From: Lama glama
Lineage: Eukaryota
NCBI GenBank assembly: GCA_028534125.1
Contig: CM052840.1
Location: 29,512,001-29,576,000, forward strand
Length of the DNA: 64,000 bases
Reading direction: 5' to 3'
The notes under the pieces are model-generated. The model made no database searches. It was given only the letters and a program-made list of their open reading frames with translations, and was not told where the DNA came from. A program made the position numbers and the translations under genes. The first letter of the stretch is position 1. Every line of letters starts with the position of its first letter. Positions 25,168 through 37,020 of the stretch are shown piece by piece.

Positions 25168-25602
25168 GGCCACAGCCAAGAGCTTTGTCAAGCCGCCGTC
25201 ACTGGCCAGTCTGGACAAGGTCAATTCTAACAGTCTGGACCTTCCGTCATCCAGTGACACCCACGCTTCAAAGGTGCCGGATCTACAGGCTCCGGGCCCA
25301 GCTGCTGGAGGCACCCCCACTTCGTGCTTTAGCCCTAGTCCGGCCCCGATTCTCAACATCAACTCGGCCAGCTTCTCCCAGGGCTTGGAGCTCATGAGTG
25401 GTTTCAGCGTCCCCAGGGAGACGCGCATGTACCCCAAGCTCTCAGGCCTGCACAGGAGCATGGAGTCCCTGCAGCTGCCAATGAGCCTGCCTGGCGCCAC
25501 CCCCAGCAGCGCCCCCAGCCCCACCCCCCCCGCCGCCCCCGCCGAGGAGGACGCGGAAGAGATGAGCTGGAGCGGAAGCCCCAGGACCGGACAGCTGGAC
25601 AG
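25168..25602 (+). CDS. NAV1: NAV1 exon 4 (RATAKSFVKPPS...TGQLD)
   Basis: cag|GGCC...CAG|gtaggt, 435 nt; ORF 25157..25606. Confidence 0.95.
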
Positions 25603-25699
25603 GTAGGTGGGTGGGCCCCACGTCGGGGCACTTGTTACTGCAGCTGTGTCCTGTGTCGTTCGTCACGCTGTGACTTTCAGTATCTCTGTAACGGTAAGT

Positions 25700-25830
25700 G
25701 AGTTCGTTTGCTTCACAACAACTCTGCGAAATAGGTAGGATTCTGTTTCTAAATTACCGTTCTTGTCCCAGACAAGGGGAGACCAGCACACGGAGACATT
25801 AAGTGACTTCTCTAAGATCCCGTGCCTGGC
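25700..25830 (-). mobile_element. MIR fragment
   Basis: CTTCACAACAACTCTGCGAAATAGGTAGG...GAGACATTAAGTGACTT core motifs. Confidence 0.55.
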
Positions 25831-26138
25831 TTAAGGTCATCCGAAGCTTTGCTGTCTGGACCCAAATCATTTCTGCTCCATTACATCCTGGTTTTCATCT
25901 GTCATAATATGGTCTTTTAGAAGGCTCGCCGCCCCCTGATTCCTGATCAGAGAAAAACACTGAACGTCTCGGCTCTGTCCCCTGGTCACTGGCCTGGAGG
26001 CGGCCTGCCCCCTCTTCCTCCGTGTGTGGGAGGAAGGCGCTTCCAGTCCGGTGTCCGATGTTGCATCCGTCAAACCTCCGGCCCCAGACTAGTTTCTAGG
26101 ATGGACCCACGTGCTTCTCTCTCTCTTTTCCTCCACAG

Positions 26139-26180
26139 TAATCAGCGAGATCGGAACACTCTTCCCAAGAAAGGACTCAG
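26139..26180 (+). CDS. NAV1: NAV1 exon 5 (SNQRDRNTLPKKGL)
   Basis: Polypyrimidine tract, cag|TAAT...CAG|gtaacc, 42 nt; navigator-family RNTLPKKGLRY motif. Confidence 0.95.
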
Positions 26181-26721
26181 GTAACCCTTACATGTGTTCC
26201 TTCTTCCCAGATCTGAGGCTCCTGCCCTGAATGAAAAACGTAACTTGGCCTGACCCAGGCCCCCACCGTGAATTTAGTGACCCTGCCAGCCGAGTCATTT
26301 GTCTGTGGTTCTGCACACCCCCTCCCCAGGCTCACCTCCGTGTGAGTCAGCTTAGAGCCGGCGTTCTTTTTCGGTGACAAAGGAGGCGCGGGTGTGCACT
26401 TGGGACTTGCACCCTCACCCAGGCCCAGCTCTGGGGTCGCTCAGGTGGGCTGGAGTAGGTCACCCCTAGTTCCCCACCACGGCCGCAGCACCGAGTGCTC
26501 AGTCCAGTGACACCTGCTGCCCAGACGGCCACGTACAGAGCCTCCTCCATCTTCTCACCCCGCCTCGGGAAGCCCTGCGGGGACACCTAGTCCCTCCACA
26601 CCTCCTGACGGCCTGAGGGGGGCCTGGTCACCGCCTGTCTGCCCCGCCTGCCTTGTCCTGCCATCAGAGCCTCTGGCCTCGAGTGTAGACACCTAGACTG
26701 AGCTCTCGGCTGCCTCTGCAG

Positions 26722-26870
26722 GTACCAGCTCCAGTCCCAGGAGGAGGCCAAGGAGAGGCGCCACTCCCACACCATCGGGGGGCTGCCCGAGTCCGACGAC
26801 CGGTCCGAGCTGCCGTCCCCCTCGGCACTCTCCACGTCCCTGAGCGCCAAGGGCCAGCTCACCAACATAG
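26722..26870 (+). CDS. NAV1: NAV1 exon 6 (RYQLQSQEEAKERRHSHT...QLTNI)
   Basis: cag|GTAC...TAG|gtcagt, 149 nt. Confidence 0.95.
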
Positions 26871-28384
26871 GTCAGTGTTTCTGGTCACCAGACCGCGGCG
26901 GAGGCAGCCGGCCCTCGGGTTTCATCTCGAACTTGATTTGCGCCGTGTTGGCTGGTGCGCGGTGCCTCCATTTACCCATCCAGCGGGAGATAGATGGTGG
27001 AGAGGTGGCCCTGGGCACACGCTGTGGGTCCTCGTAGCTCAGGGAGTCTGCGTCGTGGTGATGTGGAAAAGCCGTAACCTGAGGCCCAGCGCTTAGGCCA
27101 GGGCAGCCAGAGAGGAGCCGCCCCTCCCAGCACTGACCCAGGACCCTGGACCCTCCATGTGGGCCGCTGGGGGGAAGGGGAGGGCGGCTGATGGCAAGGA
27201 TGGGCCATGCCTCTGGGTCCAGGAAATCCATGATTCGCCAGCTGCTCTGGCCCCTGGGACCATCCCAGCCCTGGAGGCAGAGCTGGGTGAGGCTGTCCTG
27301 GCCACACCCTTCCTGGCCCAGGAGCAGGGGAAGGAGGCCACTCTGATTCAGAGATGGGAGGGGCAGAGGTGCAAGGCTCGTAGCCCTGGTTCTGCAGCGC
27401 TGGCTCCCGAGGCCGCGTGGCCTGGTGGGACTGTGCCGGGCCGGGCCTCTGCTGCCTCGCTGTGTCTCTAAACCCTCCCCTCTTTCGCTGAGTGAAGGAA
27501 AACAGGAAAGCACGAGGGCCTGCAGCAGCCTAGGGGGCGACTGTGGGGACTTTGAGAAAACTGGGAGTCAGCTCTGTGTCCGGGGAGGACCACACTGGGA
27601 CGAGGGCTGGGCCCGCGATCACCTCAGAGGGTCCACGTGCAGAGGGCCCAAGGGAGGTGGGGGCCTTCCTCTGCCTGGGTCCTGGTGGAGACACATCCAC
27701 GACAGGAGCTGGGGCCTGTGAGCGTGACCCACATGGGCGTGAACGCTGAGTGGCCAGGGTTCACAGGGGCAGGTTCTGCAAGTCAGCAGGGTTGTGGAGC
27801 CTCCCGACACTCTGACTGGCTCTGACCTTCCAGCTAGTGGGGACAGGGCACGGGGCCCGGCTCTTGCTGCTGGAGCATCAGCCCTGATGGTGTGCGTGTT
27901 GGGGGGCCCTGCTCTCCCTGCGGGGCCCCGCCTGATCCCCCTTCTCTTGCCGACTCTTTCCATCGCTGCTCCGATCTGAGTCTTGGTGCCAACTCTCAGG
28001 CCTCCCAGGCCGCCAGCTTGTTAGGGAACCAGGACACCCCACCTCCATTGGCACATCCAAGGATCTGAAGGTTCTGGAAAGCCACTAGGCCCCCAGCCTC
28101 ACCTTCAAAAGTGACATCTCCAGGGCAGGCAGGCCCAAGGGAAGGGCTTTCCAATAGGCCGTGATCTTCGTCCTCTGCTCCAGACGCAGGGCCTCCCCAG
28201 TAGGGCTCGCTTTCCCAGGGGACCCACTCAGACCACCACTCAGACCGCAGCTGCCTGCACACTCCTGCCCCCCCACCCCCCATTTACCTCTCAGGCTCCT
28301 GGTGCCCCCCAGGGACCAGAGCTGATGCCCCTGCCTCTCTCCTGCCCTCCCTTCCTCTCCTGTCCCCTCCCTCTGTCCTTCCAG

Positions 28385-28555
28385 TGAGCCCCACTGCGGC
28401 CACCGCGCCAAGAATCACCCGCTCCAACAGCATCCCCACCCACGAGGCCGCCTTCGAGCTGTACAGCGGCTCCCAAATGGGGAGCACCCTGTCCCTGGCC
28501 GACAGACCCAAGGGGATGATTCGGTCAGGATCCTTCCGAGACCCCACGGACGACG
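28385..28555 (+). CDS. NAV1: NAV1 exon 7 (VSPTAATAPRITRSNSIP...RDPTDD)
   Basis: cag|TGAGC...ACG|gtgaga, 171 nt. Confidence 0.95.
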
Positions 28556-29548
28556 GTGAGACTTCATGCCAGCGCGGTTCACGCTCATTCCGGCTCTGCT
28601 GGGCCCCTCTCCGCCCCCACCTCCACCACCACCACCGCCACGTTTACGCACATGTGTGATTCCCAGGACATCCAGTCGGGCCATTTCAGCTCTTTCTTCC
28701 CATCACTTCGAATGGTCTAGGGGCCCAGAAACCTTGGGTGGCACCGTCGAGCACTGGGGCTTTGGGGTGGAGCAGCTCCTGGAGGGGGCAGGGAACAGCC
28801 GGAAGGTTCCGTGGCCCCAGAGTCTCAGAAGGCTCCTGCCCTCCTGGCCCTTCAGGGGACACGAAACTCACAGGGACACAGAGGCAGCTCAAATCTTTGC
28901 AGAGTTAGGCATCTCACTCCTCTTTCAAGAACGTTCCAGAGACCAGCTTCAGGGCGGCGCTCTGGGCTTCGGTGGTCTGGGTGTTTGCGGTCGGAGCTGG
29001 CAGAGCCGGCGTGCTGGGGGCTCCACCCCCGAGGTGTTCAGGACCCGTCCCTGGAGCCATTCCTCGCAGACGGGCTCGCTCTCGACGCAGGGCTGTGGTT
29101 CTGGCTCCTGAGTGATCGGGAGGGGTGTCTTGCACGTGGGTCTTCCTCCACCCGAGTGGCCCCACCAGGAAGAGGACCCTCGGGCACAACTGTAGGTGTG
29201 TTCTGAGCAGCTCTGATGAGAAACCGCCCTTCCTGCCCGGGAGGAGGAGGCAGCACCTGTCCGCGAGCACCTCTTCTCCCTCCCCTAGCCCTCGCGCCCT
29301 CGCCTGCCCTCAGAGGAGCGGGCTGCCGGGGGTCCCGCTGGGCCGCAGGAGGAGGCCGGCTCTGCAGGCCGGCTCTGCCCCGACCTCAGCCCTCGGTCCT
29401 CCGCTGACAGCCCCGCCCAGGCTGTGATCCAGCTGAGCGCATGTTCTGTTCTGTTTGTTCCAGGTGCCCTGCTGTCAGAATCCAAACTCCCGACCCCCTC
29501 CCCGTCTCTGAGCCCCCCCGTTAACTCCGTGTTCTGCTTCTCTTGCAG

Positions 29549-29601
29549 TTCACGGCTCAGTGCTGTCCCTGGCCTCCAGCGCCTCCTCCACTTACTCCTC
29601 A
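29549..29601 (+). CDS. NAV1: NAV1 exon 8 (VHGSVLSLASSASSTYSS)
   Basis: cag|TTCAC...TCA|gtaaga, 53 nt. Confidence 0.95.
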
Positions 29602-30273
29602 GTAAGACCACTACCCCCCACCTCCCCGCTGCACACCCCCCCCCCCCGCTGCGCCCAGAGCCCCCCGGGGGTGAGGGCTGGGCAGGGGCAGGCGCAGCTG
29701 TCTCGGCCACGCCCGGATCGGGGTGGGGTGGGGACGCCCGGCACCCTCAGTGAGGGGTCTTTCTGGCCTCGCCGCCAGTTCCCGAGCAGCTCTGCTGCCT
29801 TCTGTGCCCCTCCTCTGAAGAACGCATGTTGGACCCTGTGTTGGAGAGGTGCTCTGTGCTTGGGGCGCGGGCAGCGCCCACAGCAGGGTGAGAGGGTGGC
29901 TTCCCAGGGCCTCGGAACCTAGCAGCGTGCGAGCGTCCCCTCCTTGGGCTGTTCAGTGTCGGTTGGTTCTTGGGCTCACTCTGCCCCCAGTGCTTCGCTC
30001 CAGATCGGTGGCCGTAAGGGTCGGTCTCCAGGTCAGCGGAGGTCCCACTGCCCAGCCTTCTTGGCGATGACAAAGCTGGCTGGAGACAGGCTCAGGAGAA
30101 GTCTTTTATTAGAGCGTGGCGTGGGGTCTGAGCCACCCGCGAGCAGCCAGGGCCGGAGACAGGGTTCCAGCCTCTTCGCGCCTCTGGTCACGCTTCCTCG
30201 AGTCCTCTGCCCACCCTCCACCCCCGGAGTAACCGCCTCCTCTCTCTCTCTCCTCCCGTGCTCCCTTCTGCAG

Positions 30274-30297
30274 GCTGAGGAGAGGATGCAGTCTGAG
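30274..30297 (+). CDS. NAV1: NAV1 exon 9, 24-nt microexon (AEERMQSE)
   Basis: cag|GCTGAGGAGAGGATGCAGTCTGAG|gtaggg; phase 0-0. Confidence 0.92.
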
Positions 30298-30407
30298 GTA
30301 GGGTGCCGAGCCCTCGTCCCGCTTGTTAACACCACCGCGCCCCGTCTCCTTCCCGACCTTAACCACGTCTGCTGCCACCATCAGTTGCTGTCTCTCTTCC
30401 TCCACAG

Positions 30408-30485
30408 CAAATCCGGAAGCTCCGAAGGGAACTGGAATCATCCCAGGAAAAAGTGGCCACCTTGACGTCCCAGCTTTCCGCCAAC
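30408..30485 (+). CDS. NAV1: NAV1 exon 10 (QIRKLRRELESSQEKVATLTSQLSAN), coiled coil
   Basis: cag|CAA...AAC|gtgagt, 78 nt. Confidence 0.95.
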
Positions 30486-31570
30486 GTGAGTCCCGGCGAG
30501 TCGGGGACGGGCCAGCTGGTTGTCTGGCCCTAAGTTAGATGTGTTCCCGCAGCAGGGAGCTGCCTCATGAGCTGTCTGTCCTGTGGGCCTCGACGTGGGG
30601 ACAGGCCTTCTCCCCCTCTGAGTCTGGGTGTCTGTAAAGAACCGCTTTTGCCCCCGCCCTGGCGAATGGTTGTGAAGGCGTTCACGTCTGCTGGTCTTTG
30701 AAGTCCCTGGAGAAAGAAGAAAAGATTGTCAGTGGGAGGTGCTCAGTGGAGGTGGGAACAACCTCACCTCGGCCGTGGGCGGGAGGAGTCATGGGTTACA
30801 GTCATCCATCCGGGAACCCTCTGCCTCTGCCCTGGGCGCGTCCGTCACTGGACTGGGCAGTGCAGAGCTAGCGACAGGCCCGGCTGGGACATGACACTGA
30901 GACCCCAGCCTGGTTCTTGGAGGCTCTTTTCTCAGCAGTGTCCTTGGACCCTTGAGCTATAGGCGGAGGCCCTCGGCCTGTCCGAGCACAGCCCCTCAGC
31001 TTGGGTTTCTCCACCCATGAGGCGGAAAGAAAAGAGGTGCTTCCCGGACTAGGCGGTGGCCTCTCCCCTGGGGCCAAGCTGCAGACGGAGAACATGGGAG
31101 CCATTCTCCCCCAGGCTGTAAACACCAGCTGAGCCGGATCTGCAGGGCTTCCAAGTGTTTGCACAAAAGGCAGTGCGGCTGCGACTTCCGTGGTCGTTTC
31201 AGGCGCCTCTTCCGCTCTTCCCATCTAGGGAGCCCAGCTGTCAGGCCCAGGGCTCCCCTTGAAGTCGGGCAGGAGGAAGAGGCTCCGCCAGGGCATTTCA
31301 ACAGCAGCTCTCTCCGTCTCTGGGTGTTCTCTGTCTCTTCCCAAAACCTTGGTCGGTCAGCCATGAGCTTCCCGGCCGGTGAGAAGCCCCATCAAGCCCT
31401 TGTCCCCACAGCTGGGGAACTGGGGACCGAAAGAATCTTAACAGAAGCAAGAAGCCCCTCTCCTCTGCCTTGTGCCCTACCCACCGCGGCTGGGCCTGGG
31501 GCCGTCCCACAGCCCAGGAGATCAGGAGATCTGTGTCCGGGGGATGTGGCGGGGGGACAAAAGGGGAAGA

Positions 31571-31640
31571 GATCCGTCTACACTGCACTCTGTCGTCACC
31601 GTGCTGATCCGTCTACACCGCACTCTGTCAGCACAGTGCT
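31571..31640 (+). repeat. 35-bp tandem duplication (2 copies)
   Basis: GATCCGTCTACACTGCACTCTGTCGTCACCGTGCT then GATCCGTCTACACCGCACTCTGTCAGCACAGTGCT. Confidence 0.85.
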
Positions 31641-32902
31641 GTCGGGTCTGGGTAAGAGCCAGGAAGGTGAATTTAGAGGGTGATTTTTCTTAGAACAGGA
31701 GGTTCCCTTTGGCTAAGAGAGAACACACTAGACACCCAGTCACAACACGGTCCTGAACTTCAGAGGCTGCTTCCCTCTGGTCGCAGCCCAGCCCTCAGGC
31801 AAGAGGCGTGGTGCCAGGACTCTGGAAGGCTCGCTGCCCCCCTCAGGACCCTGGGACTCCCTGCGGCCCCCACTGGGGCACACCCTGGGCAGGGAGGGCC
31901 CAGACCACCCAACCCCCACGCAGCCTCTCGGCTGTGTGCTTAGCCCGAGGTCGCACAGGCCCTCGAGTGGGGCCGGGGTTACGGGAGGCCCGGGGGTGGG
32001 GGGAGGCCAGCACAGAAAAGCCCTCACGGGGCCAGGGGTCTCGGGCCTCCCTCCAGGGCGTGTCTGTTCACCAGTGACACACAGGAGGTGACCTGAGGCC
32101 AAGGAGGCAGGTGCTCCCTGCACGGCCAGCAAGGAGCCCTGGCCTGGGCCCGAGCGATGCCCCCAGCCCTGTCTCGGGGCAGTGGCCCCAGCAGGGACGA
32201 AGCAGTGGGGGTCGCAGACACCCGGAGCTGTGTGTGGAGTGTGTCCCCTCTGCTGGGTCCCAGTTTGCTCAGATGCTCCCCACTGACCGCTGTTCCTCCC
32301 AGAGGGATTCCCCTCTGGTCCAGAGCCGCCCCACCCCCCACCTCTCCAGGCCCCCTGGCACCTCGCGGTGCAGGGCGACCCCTAGTGGCCAGGCTGGGAA
32401 CTGCCCCTGTAGCCGCCCAAGCAGCTTCCCCAGCCCCGAAAAGGCAGCCCAGGACAGCGGGGTGAGGGGGAGGGCAGCCAGGACGGAGGCCCGGGAGAGG
32501 TGGCCCGAACTGCTCCTACTGGGAGGTGACGGGGCCCTGGGGCTGCCTGTCCGGCCGTGGAGGAGTCGCCCCAGGACGATAGCCCCCGAGCTGGTGGCCC
32601 CCTTAGAGCAGAGGGACATCCCAGCTCTGCAGACGCTGCTGCCCGGTCTCTGAGCGCCTCCCCAGGCCTGCCTGCCCGGGTGCTGTCTGGGCCACTCCCT
32701 TACTCAAGGAAATTCCAGAAGTTTCTCTCAGGCCCGAAAGGTGTTTGATTCCACCCTGTTGCTCAGGAAGAGCAACATGGAAAAACCACCAAGAGGGGTT
32801 GGGCCTGGTCAGCTCAGACACAGTCATCTCCGACAGCCTCCCGCTCCCGTGCCCTCCGGCCCCAACCCGGGCAGCCGGGCATCTCCTGACCTTTTGTTTC
32901 AG

Positions 32903-32986
32903 GCTAACCTCGTGGCAGCTTTTGAGCAGAGCCTGGTGAACATGACGTCCCGCCTACGACACCTGGCAGAGACGGCCGAGGAGAAG
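32903..32986 (+). CDS. NAV1: NAV1 exon 11 (ANLVAAFEQSLVNMTSRLRHLAETAEEK)
   Basis: cag|GCT...AAG|gtgagg, 84 nt. Confidence 0.95.
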
Positions 32987-33221
32987 GTGAGGGGCCAGGG
33001 GTGGGAGGGGTCCTGGACGCACGGGCCGAGGCTAACCTCCTGCCTGGTCCTGAGCAGTAGCCACCCCCCCAACCCCGTCACCCGAGCTCCCCGCTGCCGC
33101 ACGGCACAGCTGTCCCAGCTCCCTGCCTTCTCCGTCCCGTCTGAAGATCCCAGGGCCCCTTGCGGCCGCATTGCAGGTGCTCCCCGTCCCTGCAGTGACC
33201 CTGCTTTCCTTCCTCTCTGAG

Positions 33222-33333
33222 GACACCGAGCTGCTGGACCTACGAGAAACCATTGACTTTCTGAAGAAGAAGAACTCTGAGGCCCAGGCGGTCATCCAGG
33301 GAGCCCTCAGTGCCTCGGAGGCCACACCCAGAG
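33222..33333 (+). CDS. NAV1: NAV1 exon 12 (DTELLDLRETIDFLKKKN...EATPR)
   Basis: tgag|GAC...GAG|gtaggc, 112 nt; acceptor is GAG. Confidence 0.92.
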
Positions 33334-33544
33334 GTAGGCCCTCCAGCCGCAGACTGAAAACGGAAGTGGGGGCGAAGGACAGCGATTGCAGGTTTTTATC
33401 TGTGCCCAGAATGTGCCAGGCCCCGTGTCCGACTTCTAGGAGGTGCGGGCCAAGGCGGAGGGCCGGGGCACGGCCCCGCCACCCCAGGGGGCGAGGGAGG
33501 GGAGGGTCCTCTCCTGGGTCTGCAGACTCGAGCCCAAGAGCCGT

Positions 33545-34255
33545 CAAGGACAGTCATTGGCTCCGTATTCTTTCAGAACCCGGGGTGCTCCTGCCACACG
33601 ACCCCGCAGTCACGCCCCGTGGCCTGCGTATTTACCCAAAGGAGCTGAAATTTTATGTCCCCACGAACACCTAAACATGGGCCTTTACAGCAGCTTTACT
33701 CACAGTTGCTAAGACTTGGACGCAGGCCAGATGTCCTTCAGTAGGTGAACAGATGAACGAGCTGTGCTGTAGCCAGACAGTGAAAGATCACTCAGCGTTA
33801 AAGAGAAATGAGCTCTCGAGCTATGAAAAGACACTGGGGAGCCTTAGATGTGCATCACAAGTGACAGGAGGCCATCAGAAAAGGCTGTGTATTGTCTGAC
33901 TCCACTGTGTGACCTTCTGGAAAGGACAGGACTGGGGACGAAGGGTCACGGCTGTCAGGCCTGGAGATGAACCTGCAGCGCGCAGAGGGTCTGTGGGGCG
34001 GTGACAGTGTTCTGCAGGGCACGGGCACGGTGGATCTGAGTCCTCAGACTTGTGTCCAAACCCCCGGAAGTGAAGCGCAGGGTGACCGTGGGCCCTGGGT
34101 GGTGGTGACGGTCCCTGCAGGTCTGTCGATTGTAGCAAACGTCGCGTCTGGTGGGAGATGCTGTGCACGTGTGGGGTCGGGGGGCAGAGGGGGCGTCTCT
34201 CCCGTCTGCTGGGATTTGCTGTGAACCTAAAGCTGCTCTAAGAAGTAGTCTAGAA
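33545..34255 (+). mobile_element. L1MC-type 3' end
   Basis: TATTTACCCAAAGGAGCTGAAA...AGATGTCCTTCAGTAGGTGAA...CTATGAAAAGACA...TTTGCTGTGAACCTAAAGCTGCTCTAA. Confidence 0.8.
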
Positions 34256-34449
34256 ACACCAGCACTTTGCACTTTAATGTCAGCAGGTGTGCAGACGCAC
34301 GTGTCACCTCGCTTGATCCTCTCCAGTTCTCCGAGGGGAATGAGTCTCCTCTTCAGAGGAGGCAGAGATCGCGTGGATTCTGGGGCTCCGTGACCGGTTA
34401 GCCTTGGGCTTAACTGCCAGGCAGGCTTTGCGAGAGGGAGTCGAGGGGT

Positions 34450-34745
34450 GGTCTGGGGGTGAAAGGTCCCAAGGGACGAACTCCGGTCATGAGACGGGGC
34501 ACCAGGGCACGCGTTCAACACGCTGACTCTAGTGAACACTGCCGTGAAGGCTGTTCAGAGAGTGAACCCTGAGCTTTCTCATCACGAGGAAAACCTTTCT
34601 TTTATGTTGTGTCTGTGAGACGAGAGACGTCCACTGAACGTGCTGAGGTCATCGTTTCATGACGTCCGGAAGTCATTATGCTGTGCGCCTTAGATGCACA
34701 TGGTGCTGTATGTCAGTGGCATCTCAGTACAGGGGGAAGGGAAAA
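34450..34745 (+). mobile_element. Laurasiatherian-type L1 3' end fragment
   Basis: GAGAGTGAACCCTGAGCTTTCTCATCACGAGGAAAA...TCATTATGCTGTGCGCCTTA...GTGCTGTATGTCA. Confidence 0.7.
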
Positions 34746-35259
34746 GGGCGAGAAAGAGATACGGGGCCACCAGACGCAGCCAACCACTCCCTCTCACTCA
34801 GCTGGCTCGGCGGGTGGTCCGCTCACTGTCCTTCCATCCGGAGTCAACCATCCTCAGCCTCCCACCGTGGCCTCGCCTCCTGCCGTACTAGGCTCACCTC
34901 CTCCTCAGCCAAGACGCAGGCGCCTCCAGAGCCGCCCCCACTGGCCTCCCCAGCTCCCTCCGCGTGGCTCACCAGTCCTGACTTGTGGGGCGGTCCCTCC
35001 GGCCAAGAGCGACCCTCGCCTGATGCCCTGGGTCCTCGCCTCGCCCCCCAACACACACACGCTGCTTTTCTGCATCTTCAGCCTCTTACCCTCCGTTGGC
35101 TCCTTCCTCAGTTATAACGCTGCTAACTGCTCTTTCATCTTGAAGGAGAAAAAGGAGAATCCTCTCCAGATTCTCCATCAGGCTCTCCCCTTCCTTGTGA
35201 GCCGCATCCCGTCTCGGTCTCTTCCTGCTGCTCTGGCTGGCGTGAGGTAGGGGCCCACC

Positions 35260-35935
35260 TTCATTCTTCGATGAGTGGCAGTCCAGATGTCCCAGCACCA
35301 TTTGTTGAAAAGCCTGTTTTCCCCACTGGCTGATCATGGCACTCTTGTTGGAGATCAGTGAACCGTAAACATCTGCATTTATTTCTGGATTCGCAGCTTT
35401 ACTCCATTAACCCTTACGTCTGTCCTTGGCTGGTCCTCCCTGCCCTGGTCACTGTAGCTTTGTCCCAGGTTTTGAAGTCAGGAACGTGGGCCCTCCAACT
35501 TCGTTCCTCTCCGAGCTAGTTTTGGCTCCTCTGTGCCCTTGCCCTTTGTTTTTCCATGTAAGTTTTAGGGTCAGCTCGTCAGTCTCTGCAAATAAGCCAG
35601 CTGGGATCTTGGTCAGGATCGTGCTGGCTCTGGGAGTGAACTTGGGGAGCGCTGTCAACCTAACGGTACTTAGCGCGGCCGCTGCCTGCCCCGCGGCCGT
35701 GGCCAGGCCCCCGTCTGGGTGCGCTTGGATGTGTGTCAGCAGCGTCCTGTGGTTTTCAGTGTGCAGATCTTGCTTTTCTTCTGTTGAATTTAATTTTTGA
35801 TACCCTTGTAAATAGAATGGCTTTCTTAACTTCTTTTTCAGATTATTCATTACTAGTATATAGAAATGCAGCTGATTTTTTGTATATTGATGGCGACTCC
35901 TGCAAACCTTCTGAGCCGATGATTAGCTCGGTTTA
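35260..35935 (-). mobile_element. L1M ORF2 fragment
   Basis: CCCAGCACCATTTGTTGAAAAG...TTTGAAGTCAGG...CCTCCAACTT...ATTATTCATTACTAGTATATAGAAATGCA (antisense L1 ORF2). Confidence 0.8.
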
Positions 35936-36389
35936 GGCTTTAAAACTGCTTGTCAGTCTGTGTCTCTTAGTCTCCGCCTCCCTCCGAACTCCACGCCTCT
36001 GCTTCCAGCCACGTAACCCTCTCTCTCCTGCAGTTCTGCCCCCTTCAGGCATCACCCAAACCACTAATCGGAGAGTCGCCCTGCACATCCCACTGTCCCC
36101 ACCGCTGCACTCCGCCAGTTTCGTACGCTGACTCGTGTACGTGAGTGTGTGAATCTGCGCAGGCCTCAGTTCCCTCCCTGTCTTTTTTTTTGATTGAGTT
36201 AAGTCGGCTGACAGGGTGGCGTCCCCTTCTGGTTGTCCCTCCTGTCTTGCCGCGGCCCTGGCTTAGGCTGTCCGCGCTCTTCTTCTGGGTTATCCCCGTA
36301 ACTGCCCGACTCGCCTTGTGTTCCTCCAGCCCTTCCCTCACCGCCCCACGGCGATCCAGGCGCATCACTTAAGAGCCGAAATCATTCCG

Positions 36390-36705
36390 ATTCGAATACG
36401 GGCTGGACATTAAATTTAAAACCTTGCTGTTAGTTTCCTTAGGAATAATACTGGTGTTTCGAGACCGTGCCCTTGTTCTTAGGAGGTGCACCCCGAAGCG
36501 CTTGGTGGCGAAGTGCTGTCCACTTCGTGTTTTCAAGTCGTTCAAGAAAATGTTCTCTGCATGTGTTAGTGTGTGAGTGCACGTCTCTGCGCAAACAGAA
36601 CGAAAGATCAGCGGCTGTTAATTAGGTGGAAAGCGTGTAGGGTCCTCCCGCGGTGCTGAGCTCTCAGTGTTTCTGTGTGTTTGAAGCATTTTAGAAAAGC
36701 AAGTT
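36390..36705 (+). mobile_element. Old L1ME/L1MC 3' end fragment
   Basis: CCTTGTTCTTAGGAGGTGCA...TTTCTGTGTGTTTGAAGCATTTT terminal pattern. Confidence 0.5.
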
Positions 36706-36854
36706 AAGGGAAGGAACACACCCAGAGCCGCAGGGCGCAGCAGGAGCGTCCCGCTCTGCCTGGCCTGCGACGGACTTTCTCCCCGGCCACATGGGCTGTC
36801 ACTTCTCTTGCCTGCTGGGTTCCGACTGTGGCGACAGGACACCTGCGGTCCACC

Positions 36855-37020
36855 GGGCACTAGTCTGAGCGTTTTACTTACAGTGATTCACTTAGTCCAA
36901 GTCGCAACCCTGTGAGGTATGTTTCATTCTTTACGAGGAGGGTAAGATCAGAGATGGCGGGCTTGCTCAGACACGGCTACTGAGGGACGGGCCTGGGGTG
37001 CTGGGCTGTGGCTCGTCTCC
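36855..37020 (-). mobile_element. MIR fragment
   Basis: GGGCACTAGTCTGAGCGTTTTAC...CAACCCTGTGAGGTA. Confidence 0.55.

Noticed and set aside
28613-28641. (CCA)n giving poly-His/Pro/Gly in ORF translations
   Set aside because: Intronic microsatellite downstream of the 28555 donor.
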